Assembly (NCBI GenBank): GCA_030603885.1 | Contig: JAUVWW010000001.1 | Span: 70,716 to 134,715, forward strand | DNA from: a bacterium | GTDB taxonomy: Bacteria; Patescibacteriota; JABMPQ01; JAUVWW01 | Length of the DNA: 64,000 nt | Direction of reading: 5' to 3' | Notes under the pieces: model-generated | Database searches by the model: none | What the model was told of the DNA's origin: nothing | The model's input: only the letters and a program-made list of their open reading frames with translations | In this document: positions 38,987 to 47,460 of the stretch, piece after piece | How the letters are laid out: the number at the start of each line of letters is the position of its first letter | Numbering within the stretch: position 1 is the stretch's first letter | Program-made: the position numbers and the translations under genes

Positions 38987-39307
38987 ATGACTACTTTTGC
39001 AATTATCAAAACAGGCGGCAAACAATACAAAGTCCAAAAAGGGGATGTTTTGGAAGTGGAGAAGTTGGAAGTAGGAAAGAAGAAAGAAGTGACATTCAAA
39101 GATGTTTTATTAGTTTCTGATGATAAGAAAATCAAGATAGGAAAACCCTTTGTAAAAGGAGTAAAGGTTACGGCTAAAGTCCTGGAGCCAGAAATGAAAG
39201 GTAAAAAAGTAACTATTATCAAGTTTAAAGCCAAAAAGAGATATAAGAAAAAGATGGGATTTAGGCCAAGGTATACCAGAGTGGAGATTTCTAAGATAGT
39301 TGCTTAG
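38987..39307 (+). CDS. rplU: 50S ribosomal protein L21
   Basis: FAIIKTGGKQYKV, IGKPFV, KFKAKKRY. Confidence 0.96.
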   Translation: MTTFAIIKTGGKQYKVQKGDVLEVEKLEVGKKKEVTFKDVLLVSDDKKIKIGKPFVKGVKVTAKVLEPEMKGKKVTIIKFKAKKRYKKKMGFRPRYTRVEISKIVA

Positions 39308-39313
39308 TTTAAA

Positions 39314-39922
39314 TTAGTATTCTTTTCTTCCTTTCAAAGCATTACTCAAGGTCACCTCATCAGCATACTCTAGATCTCCACCAACTGGCAAACCCCGAGC
39401 AATTCGGGTTATTTTTATATTTAAGGGCTTAAGTAACTTGGCAATATACATAGCCGTGGCTTCGCCTTCCAAAGTAGGATTGTTAGCCAGAATAATCTCT
39501 TTAATTTTATCTTTCCCTTTTTCAACTCTATTTTGAAGCTCCTTGATTTTGAGCTGGTCAGGACCAATACCTTCAACTGGAGAAATAGAACCACCTAGAA
39601 CATGGTAAACTCCTTTATACTCACTAGTGCCTTCTAAGGCTACCATGTCTAAAGGCTCTCCTACTACACAAATAACAGATTTATCTCGATTTGAGTCTTT
39701 ACATATTGGACAAGGATCAGTTTCTGCAATATTTTGGCAGATAGAACAGCGGACAATTTTTTCTTTAAGTTCAGCCAGGGTTTTAGAGAATATCCCTAGT
39801 TCTTCTTTAGATTGTTTGAGTAAATAAAAAGCAAGCCTGGCTGCTGTTTTTTCACCGATTCCAGGGAGCTTAGTAAACTCATTGATTAGTTTTTTAATCG
39901 GGGAGGGTAGAGCGTTGGGCAT
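39314..39922 (-). CDS. recR: Recombination protein RecR
   Basis: [15 protein letters not shown]4 zinc finger, [18 protein letters not shown]. Confidence 0.97.
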   Translation of the reverse strand: MPNALPSPIKKLINEFTKLPGIGEKTAARLAFYLLKQSKEELGIFSKTLAELKEKIVRCSICQNIAETDPCPICKDSNRDKSVICVVGEPLDMVALEGTSEYKGVYHVLGGSISPVEGIGPDQLKIKELQNRVEKGKDKIKEIILANNPTLEGEATAMYIAKLLKPLNIKITRIARGLPVGGDLEYADEVTLSNALKGRKEY

Positions 39923-39932
39923 CAAAGTAAGA

Positions 39933-40229
39933 CTATTGTAAACCGGGTAAATTCATCTCGCCAGACTGCATTTTTCTAACCATAATCATTCTCACTTCTT
40001 TCATAGCCTTTTCAAAGGCTTCTTTTAAACCTTGTTCTAATTTTTCTTTTTGATTAGGGTTGATGAGAGAATTGTCAATTTCAATATTTTTAATTTCCTG
40101 ATTTCCATTTAAAGTAATTTTAATTTGTCCATCCAAAGTTTCACCAATGGCAGTTTCTTGAGCTAATTCTTGCTTAAGCTGGCTAGCCTGCTTTTTAAGT
40201 TGATTAAGTTGTTTAAGTTTGTCAAACAT
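39933..40229 (-). CDS. YbaB/EbfC nucleoid-associated protein
   Basis: MFDKLKQL...[13 protein letters not shown]; adjacent to recR. Confidence 0.88.
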   Translation of the reverse strand: MFDKLKQLNQLKKQASQLKQELAQETAIGETLDGQIKITLNGNQEIKNIEIDNSLINPNQKEKLEQGLKEAFEKAMKEVRMIMVRKMQSGEMNLPGLQ

Positions 40230-40233
40230 GATT

Positions 40234-41592
40234 TTATCCTTTATGTTTCACTTCTAAACTTCTAAAAGTTACTTTTTCTGGATCAAAATATAGCTCAATT
40301 TGGCCGGTTGGACCATTTCTATGTTTTTTAATAAAGATATCAGCAGTGTGCTGTCTTTCTGTGTTTGGTTTATAAAATTCTTCCCTATAGATAAACATGA
40401 CTACATCAGCATCCTGTTCTATAGAACCTGATTCTCTTAAATCAGCTAGCTGAGGTATTTGAGGAGATCTAGATTCTACGGCTCGAGATAACTGAGATAA
40501 GGCTAAAACTGGGATATTAAGTTCTCGAGCAATAGCTTTTAGTCCTCGAGAAATCTCAGAAACTTCTTGAACTCTACCTGCGCTTATGGAAGTAGAGGCT
40601 CCTTCCATAAGTTGAAGATAATCAACCACGATTAGTCCTATATTGTGTTCTGCTTGCAATCGCCTTGCTTTGGTTCTGATCTCCATTACATTATTAGTAG
40701 GGGAGTCGTCAATAAAGATGGGAGCTTCGGACAAAATTCCCATGGCATGGCCAATTTTAGGAAAATCATCATCTTCCTCTTTGTCAGAAAGTCTACCTGT
40801 CCTCATCCTCCAAAGATCTACATTAGCTTCAGAACAAAGAAATCTATCTCCTACTTGTTCTTTAGACATCTCAAGTGAAAATATTCCCACTGGAATCTTT
40901 TCTTTAGTTGCTATATGACGAGCTATATCTAAAGCTAGGGTCGTCTTTCCCATCGAAGGACGAGAGGCCAAAATAATCAAATCTGATTTCTGAAGCCCAG
41001 CTAAAAGATTATCTAAGTCCTTAAATCCAGTGGGAGTGCCTCGAAGCTTACCTTTCTCTTTATGAAGCTCGTCTATTCTATCAAAGGCTTCTATTAGTAC
41101 GTCTTTAATTGGAACAAATTTTTGTTTTAGATATTTTTGGGAAACATCAAAGAGGGTCCGTTCTGCTTTATCTAACAAAGGATCAATACTCTCTGTCTCT
41201 TGATATCCTAACTCTGTGATTTTTTGAGCCGCTTGAATGAGTCTTCTTAGGGTAGCTTTTCTCTGGACTATCTCAGCATAGTTTACTACGTGAGCAGCAG
41301 TCGGCACAGTATTAGCCAGAGAGATAAGATAGCTTCTTCCTCCAATTTCTTTAAGTTGCTCCTTTTCTTTTAGTTTGTTTGCTAAACTAACTACATCAAT
41401 TGGTTCTCTTGCCTCATAAAGTTCAAGCATGGCTTCAAAGATCATTTTGTGAATCTCTCTGTAAAAATCATCAGGTTTTATGATATCAGAAATTTTAACA
41501 ATGGCATCTTTATCTAAAAGCAGACAGCCAAGAACTGACTGTTCTGCTTCTATGTTTTGAGGCGGTAGTTTTTCGATGTCTGCTTCAGGCAT
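40234..41592 (-). CDS. dnaB: Replicative DNA helicase (no intein)
   Basis: PPQNIEAEQSVLG, ASRPSMGKT, VDYLQLM, LSQLSR, DLRESGSIEQDAD, KHRNGPTG. Confidence 0.98.
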   Translation of the reverse strand: MPEADIEKLPPQNIEAEQSVLGCLLLDKDAIVKISDIIKPDDFYREIHKMIFEAMLELYEAREPIDVVSLANKLKEKEQLKEIGGRSYLISLANTVPTAAHVVNYAEIVQRKATLRRLIQAAQKITELGYQETESIDPLLDKAERTLFDVSQKYLKQKFVPIKDVLIEAFDRIDELHKEKGKLRGTPTGFKDLDNLLAGLQKSDLIILASRPSMGKTTLALDIARHIATKEKIPVGIFSLEMSKEQVGDRFLCSEANVDLWRMRTGRLSDKEEDDDFPKIGHAMGILSEAPIFIDDSPTNNVMEIRTKARRLQAEHNIGLIVVDYLQLMEGASTSISAGRVQEVSEISRGLKAIARELNIPVLALSQLSRAVESRSPQIPQLADLRESGSIEQDADVVMFIYREEFYKPNTERQHTADIFIKKHRNGPTGQIELYFDPEKVTFRSLEVKHKG

Positions 41593-41700
41593 TTATATTG
41601 TATTAACTGATTTAGGCTATTTAAGTAGAATCATTGTATCATATTCCAATATTAAAAAAAAGTCAAGAGTATACACAGAAAATACACATTTAATACACTC

Positions 41701-43149
41701 TTAACTCTTAACTTTCCAGACTGGTCCTTTATCCGTATCCTTAACTTCGACCCCTATTTTCCTTAACTTATTTCGAATTTGGTCTGCTTTTTTCCAATCT
41801 TTGGCTTTCCGAGCCCTTTCTCGTTCTTTAATTAGCCCTAAAATCTTAACTTCTTTGGCTTTTGATATCTTAGCTATCTTTTTTGCTTTAATTACTCCCA
41901 AAGCCTTATCAAAGTCCATTAAAAGCTTATGTAGTGCTTTGGCTTCAGCCTTATTAATCTTACCTTTGTCTAATAACTTATTTCCTTGTTTGACTAAATC
42001 AAAGATAGAAGCTAGTGCTTTTGGCGTGTCCAAATCATTGTCCATGGACTTTTCAAAGTTCTTTTTAGTTTTTTCTATCAACTTCTTAACAACAGGCTTT
42101 ACAGCTTTAGCTTTTAACTTTTGACTTTTAACTTTTAACTTGTTTAAAAATTCTCTTATTCTTTCCAGTCCTTCACTTACCTGGACCAATGCCTTTTCTG
42201 AAAAATCCATGTGTGATCTATAATGGGAGAGTAGGGTCAAGAATCTAAAATCTATAGGATCATATTTTTTCTTTTCCAAATCTCGCAGAGTATAAAAGTT
42301 ACCTAAAGATTTGGACATCTTTTTACCTTCGACTAGAAGATGCCGACAATGTATCCAATATCGAACAAATTTTTTGTTCGTGTAAGCTTCTGATTGAGCA
42401 ATTTCATTTTCGTGATGGGGAAAGATATTGTCTTCGCCGCCAGTATGGATATCTAAGGTAGGGCCTAGATATTTCATTGACATTACAGAACACTCAATAT
42501 GCCAGCCAGGATAGCCTATACCCCAGGGGCTTGGCCATTTCATGAGATGCTCCTTGGGAGCTTTGAGCCAGAGGAAAAAATCATAGGGATGACGTTTGTC
42601 TGGATGTGGTTCAAGTCTAGCCCCTGCTTTTAACGCCTCTAGAGGATTACCCGAAAGCTTTCCATAGTTTTTAAATCTAGTTATGTCATAAAAGACCGTG
42701 CCTTTAGCTTCATAGGCATAGTCTTTCTTAATTAAAACTTGAATTAATTTTATGATGTCTTGAAGGTGCTCTGTGGGACGAGGATACTTATAGGCTCTTT
42801 TAATATTTAGCTTATCAGTATCCTCTAGAAAAGCTTTCTCGTAAAATCGAGCAATCTCTTTTGGTGTCTTTTTTTCCTTTTTTGCAGCTTCAATAATTTT
42901 ATCTTTAGCAGCTTTAACATCATATCTTGTTAGATGTCCAACATCAGTAATATTCATTACTTGTTTTACTTTATAGCCTTTGTATTCTAAATATCTTCTT
43001 ATGGTATCAGCCATAATATAGGCTCTAAAATTGCCAATATGAGCAAAATCATAGACAGTTGGTCCACAATTGTACATTCTAACCTCACCTTTATGTAAAG
43101 ACTTAAAGATTTGTTTTTTTCTTAAGAGAGTGTTGTAGAATTTGAGCAT
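41701..43149 (-). CDS. cysS: Cysteinyl-tRNA synthetase
   Basis: CGPTVY..HIGN, GWHIECS, HHENE, KMSKS; true start MLKFYNTL at 43149. Confidence 0.96.
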   Translation of the reverse strand: MLKFYNTLLRKKQIFKSLHKGEVRMYNCGPTVYDFAHIGNFRAYIMADTIRRYLEYKGYKVKQVMNITDVGHLTRYDVKAAKDKIIEAAKKEKKTPKEIARFYEKAFLEDTDKLNIKRAYKYPRPTEHLQDIIKLIQVLIKKDYAYEAKGTVFYDITRFKNYGKLSGNPLEALKAGARLEPHPDKRHPYDFFLWLKAPKEHLMKWPSPWGIGYPGWHIECSVMSMKYLGPTLDIHTGGEDNIFPHHENEIAQSEAYTNKKFVRYWIHCRHLLVEGKKMSKSLGNFYTLRDLEKKKYDPIDFRFLTLLSHYRSHMDFSEKALVQVSEGLERIREFLNKLKVKSQKLKAKAVKPVVKKLIEKTKKNFEKSMDNDLDTPKALASIFDLVKQGNKLLDKGKINKAEAKALHKLLMDFDKALGVIKAKKIAKISKAKEVKILGLIKERERARKAKDWKKADQIRNKLRKIGVEVKDTDKGPVWKVKS

Positions 43150-43184
43150 ATGCAGTTTAGGAATAGAGCCTTTAGGTTCTTTAA

Positions 43185-43230
43185 AGAAGCTTCCGCCTGT
43201 GGCGGATCCGCCTTTGGCGGAAAAGCTTCT
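43185..43230. repeat. REP-like double-hairpin palindrome
   Basis: agaagctt-ccgcctgtggcgg-at-ccgcctttggcgg-aaaagcttct. Confidence 0.8.
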
Positions 43231-43262
43231 ACTCCATCTTACCATCTCCCAAAAATTTTATC

Positions 43263-43308
43263 AAACAAAAGAGCACCTCTGAGATTTAAAGAGGTACTCT
43301 TTTTGTTT
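43263..43308 (-). terminator. Terminator after cassette gene 1
   Basis: aaacaaaagagcacctct...agaggtactctttttgttt. Confidence 0.7.
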
Positions 43309-43317
43309 CGGTTACTT

Positions 43318-43980
43318 TTATTTGTATAGGTAGTGCTCAACTGCCCACCAAGGCCAGTATTTGTATATGTAGTGCTCAATTGCCTGCCAAGGGTAGCGGC
43401 CTGCATAGACGCTGTCGTCATGCTCCAATTCCAGTTCTCTCAGATCATCATTTTTTGGACGGTTAACTGCCGTCATTTTTCCTGGAACAAGCTCTTCCTT
43501 TGTACTTTTTCTAACGATCCACTTGTCAAGCGGAAGTCCTTCCTCTCCATAATTCTCGTCGATGTAGTCTTCAAAATCTTCCTTGACATATTTCTCGTAA
43601 GCTGTAACATCTGGTTTTTCTATAGGTGTTCTTGATTCACAGAGAACAAAAGCATCATCTTTATTACTGATGAGATCACTAGGTTCCGCTGATCTGTAAA
43701 GCTTCTCCTCTGTGTTTGTTATAAGGACTATAGTACATTCAGCACCTATCATGCTACAAAATTCCTTACCAGTTTTACTTTCCCTGGGATACACCTGATA
43801 CAGTTTTTTATATTGAAGAGCTACTGCTTCCTCTTCAGTTATTGTTTTTGTAGTTACTGGTTGTCTTAATGTTGCATTTCTAATTCCAAAAAAAGCTGCA
43901 GCGGCTAGAGCAACAATTCCTATAACTAAGGCAATAGTTGCTGTTCGGGTGGCGACTCTAGTTTCTGTTGTTTGTTGCAT
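43318..43980 (-). CDS. Exported/anchored protein, conserved-leader cassette 1
   Basis: MQQTTETRVATRTATIALVIGIVALA leader/TM, TGKEFC...C motif, C-terminal PWxAxEHYxYK duplication; ATG at 43980 behind strong SD. Confidence 0.8.
   Translation of the reverse strand: MQQTTETRVATRTATIALVIGIVALAAAAFFGIRNATLRQPVTTKTITEEEAVALQYKKLYQVYPRESKTGKEFCSMIGAECTIVLITNTEEKLYRSAEPSDLISNKDDAFVLCESRTPIEKPDVTAYEKYVKEDFEDYIDENYGEEGLPLDKWIVRKSTKEELVPGKMTAVNRPKNDDLRELELEHDDSVYAGRYPWQAIEHYIYKYWPWWAVEHYLYK
43320..43392 (-). repeat. 39-nt-period tandem duplication at the 3' end of cassette gene 1
   Basis: ccttggcaggcaattgagcactacatatacaaa vs ccttggtgggcagttgagcactacctatacaaa. Confidence 0.8.
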
Positions 43981-44059
43981 TTTTATCACCCCCTTTCTTT
44001 GGGATTTCTATAGGATATCTATCTATTTTAAGTTTATCATTATATAAATAGGTTGTCAA
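43896..44059 (-). repeat. Duplicated promoter-SD-leader module, copy 1
   Basis: Near-identical to 44754-44919; TTGACA-17-TAAACT, SD AGAAAGGGGGTGAT. Confidence 0.9.
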
Positions 44060-44104
44060 TAACCTAAAATAATTTAAAAAATTATTTACAATTATGTCTA
44101 TAAA

Positions 44105-44135
44105 TCAAAACAACCCCAGATAGAGGTTGTTTTGA
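44105..44135 (-). terminator. Terminator after cassette gene 2
   Basis: tcaaaacaacc-loop-ggttgttttga, perfect 11-bp stem. Confidence 0.7.
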
Positions 44136-44157
44136 AGTATGAAATGATTTTTGTTTT

Positions 44158-44838
44158 TTATAGGGGTGCTGCTTGTTCACCTGGAGGTATAGGATAAGTA
44201 TAGCATGTACCACTACAATCAATGTCTACACATCCAAATGGATTGCAATCGCCACCCCAAACACTACAGGCACAACCAGTAGTCCATCCTCCCCCCTCTA
44301 ATTTTACTTCACAGAAATCTTTAAAAGATCTTACTGGAATTACAAGAAGGGCTCTATCTGTCGGTCCGGGAAAAACTTGTAATACTTTAACTGGCGAACC
44401 AAGATCTTCTGTAGAAGCAACGAAATTTTGTTCAAAACATACTGTTTCATCTGGCTTAATTTCCTTATACAGTATATGTGCAACAGTTTCTTCGTTTTCC
44501 GGATCATAAAAAGTTTCTTCAAGAGTAACTTCATATCTCATGTCATCTCCTTCATAAATTGCTTTGTTACATTTTTCTGCAAGAAATATGTCATTGTTAT
44601 CCTTCAAATAGAAATTATAAGTTTCATCACAATAACTTAGATCTTCTCTTGATTTTTCCACGGTACCAGCTGGTTTAGTTACTGGTTTAGTTACTGCTTC
44701 ATTTACTGGTTTAGTTACTGCTTGTTGTCTTAGTGCCAGACCTCCCAGAGCACCTGCAGTGGCTAGAGCAACAATTCCTATAACCAAAGCAATAGTTGCT
44801 GTTCTGGTAGCTACTCTAGTTTCTGTTGTTTGTTGCAT
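44158..44838 (-). CDS. Exported/anchored Cys-rich protein, conserved-leader cassette 2
   Basis: Same 26-aa leader, VTKP linker repeats, Cys/Gly-rich C-terminus CACSVWGGDCNPFGCVDIDCSGTC. Confidence 0.8.
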   Translation of the reverse strand: MQQTTETRVATRTATIALVIGIVALATAGALGGLALRQQAVTKPVNEAVTKPVTKPAGTVEKSREDLSYCDETYNFYLKDNNDIFLAEKCNKAIYEGDDMRYEVTLEETFYDPENEETVAHILYKEIKPDETVCFEQNFVASTEDLGSPVKVLQVFPGPTDRALLVIPVRSFKDFCEVKLEGGGWTTGCACSVWGGDCNPFGCVDIDCSGTCYTYPIPPGEQAAPL

Positions 44839-44919
44839 TTTTTATCACCCCCTTTCTTTGGGATTTCCACTAGGATATTTATCTATTTTAAGTTTATCAA
44901 TACAGAAATAAATTGTCAA
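44754..44919 (-). repeat. Duplicated promoter-SD-leader module, copy 2
   Basis: Near-identical to 43896-44059. Confidence 0.9.
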
Positions 44920-44921
44920 AT

Positions 44922-45890
44922 TTATTTTAGCTTCTCTTTGGGTATATCTACCCATTCAGAAAGAATGTCTTTGATATCCTCAACAGTAACTTTGTCTTGC
45001 GGCTTTCCTTCTATGGCTAGCTTTGCTTTGGCGCAGGCCTCATCGATCAAATCTATTGCTTTATCAGGAAGATATCTATTTTTGATGTATTTTGCAGATA
45101 AATTGACTGCTGTTTTAATGACTTCATCTGAAATTTCTACTTTATGATAATCCTCATAAGCCTTGCGCAGTCCTTGTAATATTTTTATAGAATCTTCAAT
45201 TGATGGCTCTCGAACAATGACTGGTTGGAAACGTCTTTCCAGGGTCAAATCTTTCATAATATAATTTTCGTATTCTTCAGGAGTAGTAGCTCCTATAGCT
45301 TGAACCACACCTCTAGCTAAAGATGGCTTTAATATGTCAGAGGCGGCAACAGCCCCTTCTGTACCTCTTGTTTCTGTTAAGATATGCAGTTCATCAATAA
45401 ATAAAATAATACTTCTTTCGGCTCTCTCTATTTCACTTGTGATCCTCTTCATTCTTATCTCAAATTCACCTCTATATTTTGTTCCAGCCATAAGACCAGA
45501 AAGATCAAGATCTAGGACTCTTTTATCTTTTAGTCTTTCGGGCACTTTTCCTTCAACGATTCTTTGAGCTAATCCTTCAACAATAGCTGTTTTTCCTACA
45601 CCTGGGGGACCAATTAAAACTGGATTACTTTTCTTTTTTCGACTGAGAATATGGATGGTTCTAGCTATCTCTTTTTCTCGGTTAATTACTGGATCCAGCT
45701 CTCCCTTTCGGGCCAGTGAAGTTAGATCTTTAGAATAACGGTCTAAAGCTGGAGTTGGGCCTAGACCTAGACCTCTTATATCGCCAATTCTTCCTTTTAT
45801 TCTTCCTTTAAAATAATACCAAAAAGCAACAGCTGCTATGATTATAGCTAACAAAACGTACCAAAAATAATTATTAGTAGTTAGATCCAT
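44922..45890 (-). CDS. Membrane-anchored single-module (D1-only) ClpA/B/C-type AAA+ ATPase
   Basis: N-terminal [60 protein letters not shown]; ATG at 45890. Confidence 0.85.
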   Translation of the reverse strand: MDLTTNNYFWYVLLAIIIAAVAFWYYFKGRIKGRIGDIRGLGLGPTPALDRYSKDLTSLARKGELDPVINREKEIARTIHILSRKKKSNPVLIGPPGVGKTAIVEGLAQRIVEGKVPERLKDKRVLDLDLSGLMAGTKYRGEFEIRMKRITSEIERAERSIILFIDELHILTETRGTEGAVAASDILKPSLARGVVQAIGATTPEEYENYIMKDLTLERRFQPVIVREPSIEDSIKILQGLRKAYEDYHKVEISDEVIKTAVNLSAKYIKNRYLPDKAIDLIDEACAKAKLAIEGKPQDKVTVEDIKDILSEWVDIPKEKLK

Positions 45891-46792
45891 TTTTTTCTTA
45901 TAAAATATCCAAGCATTACTATAACTACACCTATCATTATAGCAGAAATTATCCAAAAAGCAAAGGGATGATCTAAAAAGGGCATCCAGGAGATATTCAT
46001 TCCATAAATTGAAACAATAAGGGTTAAAGGAAGCATAATAACTGAGATAATGGTCAACACTTGCATAGTAGCACTGGTTTTGTGAGAAATTAAAGAGTCA
46101 TTGGTTCGTTCCAAAGCTCGAATAGTATCAATTTCATTCTCCAAAGCAGTCCAAGCTTCAAGAGCCTTTTCTGTAAGATCTTCTAGTTTATTGGCCATTT
46201 TTTCTTCTGGTTTGAAATGATTTACTCTTTTTTCCAATTTTTGCATTACTCCAAGTTGGGGTCCAATGATTTCTCCAAAGTCTAAGATGTTTCTTTTGGT
46301 AAGAGCAATTTTTCTGACCATTTCTTTTTCTTTCCCTAAAAATATATCTCTTTTTATTTTTTCTATCTGTTTACTTAATTCCTCCAATAAAGGAAAATAA
46401 GCCACATGTAATTTTCTTAAAATAAAATAAAATAAAGAACCCACATTGGGATAGTCTTTTTTAATTTGTTCCTCATCAATATCTCTTAGAAACTTAGTGT
46501 AAGGTGGAATTTTTCCTGAATGAAAAGTAATGAGATAATCTTTTCCTACAAATATATCTAACTCTTGGGCTTCAGTTTCTCTTTCCTCTGTAAGGCAAAG
46601 GGGATATTTTACAATTAAAAAAAGATAGCCATTGTGCTGGACTAATTTTGGCTTTTGAGTAGGAATTTGGCAATCTTCGGTATCCAGCCTATAGAGATTG
46701 TATTTTTTAGCTAGCTCTTCTATTTTTCCTTTGGAGGGATTTTCCACATCCAGCCAAAGAAAATTTTTTGTTTTGAATTCTTTTGTTTTCAT
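45881..46792 (-). CDS. corA: CorA-family Mg2+/Co2+ transporter
   Basis: [21 protein letters not shown] signature and two C-terminal TMs. Confidence 0.92.
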   Translation of the reverse strand: MKTKEFKTKNFLWLDVENPSKGKIEELAKKYNLYRLDTEDCQIPTQKPKLVQHNGYLFLIVKYPLCLTEERETEAQELDIFVGKDYLITFHSGKIPPYTKFLRDIDEEQIKKDYPNVGSLFYFILRKLHVAYFPLLEELSKQIEKIKRDIFLGKEKEMVRKIALTKRNILDFGEIIGPQLGVMQKLEKRVNHFKPEEKMANKLEDLTEKALEAWTALENEIDTIRALERTNDSLISHKTSATMQVLTIISVIMLPLTLIVSIYGMNISWMPFLDHPFAFWIISAIMIGVVIVMLGYFIRKKWI

Positions 46793-46813
46793 ATACTCTC
46801 CTATTATCTATTA

Positions 46814-46842
46814 ATTCTATCATATCCATTTCTAAAAGTCAA
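46814..46842 (-). promoter_or_regulatory. sigma70 promoter of corA/clp-like pair
   Basis: Minus strand TTGACT-17 nt-TAGAAT. Confidence 0.55.
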
Positions 46843-46899
46843 TGGTTGATATTGATAAATAAATATGATATAATGTATATAGATAATTAGCTTCTAAAT

Positions 46900-47448
46900 A
46901 TGCCAAATCCAAGAGAACCCATTAAACGGGCAGAGCCTGCTAAACATCTAGAAGGCGAAAACAAAGAAAAAATTTCAAAAGAGGGTAGAGAGGCAGATAT
47001 TGAGAAGTTAAAGAGACGACTAGAAGAACGAGAAAAGGAACTATCCGAGATGCGAAAGGAAGTGGAGAAAATAATAGAAAAACCAAAACCAGAAGTTTTG
47101 TCAGAAAAAGCGGTCAAGGTTTTTGAAGAGGAAAGAAGAAAATTAAAAGAAGTCTTGAAGCCTGTTCCAGAAGAAGTAATGATAAAGCCAGGAAAAGCTC
47201 CTGTACCTCTTCCTCTAAAAATAAAAGAAGAAGAGGTCGAGATGGATCTAAAGAAAGTGATGGCTACGAAAAAACCAAAACAGGTAAAGACCTTAATTCA
47301 CCTTGCTTTTGACAAAGGTCTTTATCATTCTGTGGCTGTGGCTCTAAGACTCGATGACCCATATATCCTAGACGAATTCCATGATACCTTAGTGGATGAG
47401 CTTTATAATCTTTTGGTTAAAAAAGGAAAACTGAAAAGATTAAAATAA
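46900..47448 (+). CDS. Hypothetical protein (charged N-terminus, DPYILDEFHD motif), upstream of VirD4-like ATPase
   Basis: ORF 12 nt upstream of the ATPase gene. Confidence 0.7.
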   Translation: MPNPREPIKRAEPAKHLEGENKEKISKEGREADIEKLKRRLEEREKELSEMRKEVEKIIEKPKPEVLSEKAVKVFEEERRKLKEVLKPVPEEVMIKPGKAPVPLPLKIKEEEVEMDLKKVMATKKPKQVKTLIHLAFDKGLYHSVAVALRLDDPYILDEFHDTLVDELYNLLVKKGKLKRLK

Positions 47449-47460
47449 CAACCTACTAAT

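Noticed and set aside
43150-43245. 32-aa N-terminal extension of CysRS in the ORF track
   Set aside because: Arises from reading through the stop-free palindromic repeat; the canonical start MLKFYNTL is at 43149
43320-43392. Possible DGR template/variable repeat pair (3 of 4 differences at A)
   Set aside because: Only about 33 nt, tandem, both copies in the same ORF, one non-A change, and no reverse transcriptase in the window
43318-44838. RiPP precursors or type IV pilins
   Set aside because: No modifying enzymes adjacent, proteins exceed 200 aa, and there is no G|FxxxE prepilin motif; kept only as conserved-leader exported proteins
45891-45956. Longer start for the Clp-like ORF; likewise frr 10973, folD 25943, rpoA 1579
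   Set aside because: These extensions overlap upstream genes or repeats; downstream ATGs fit family N-termini
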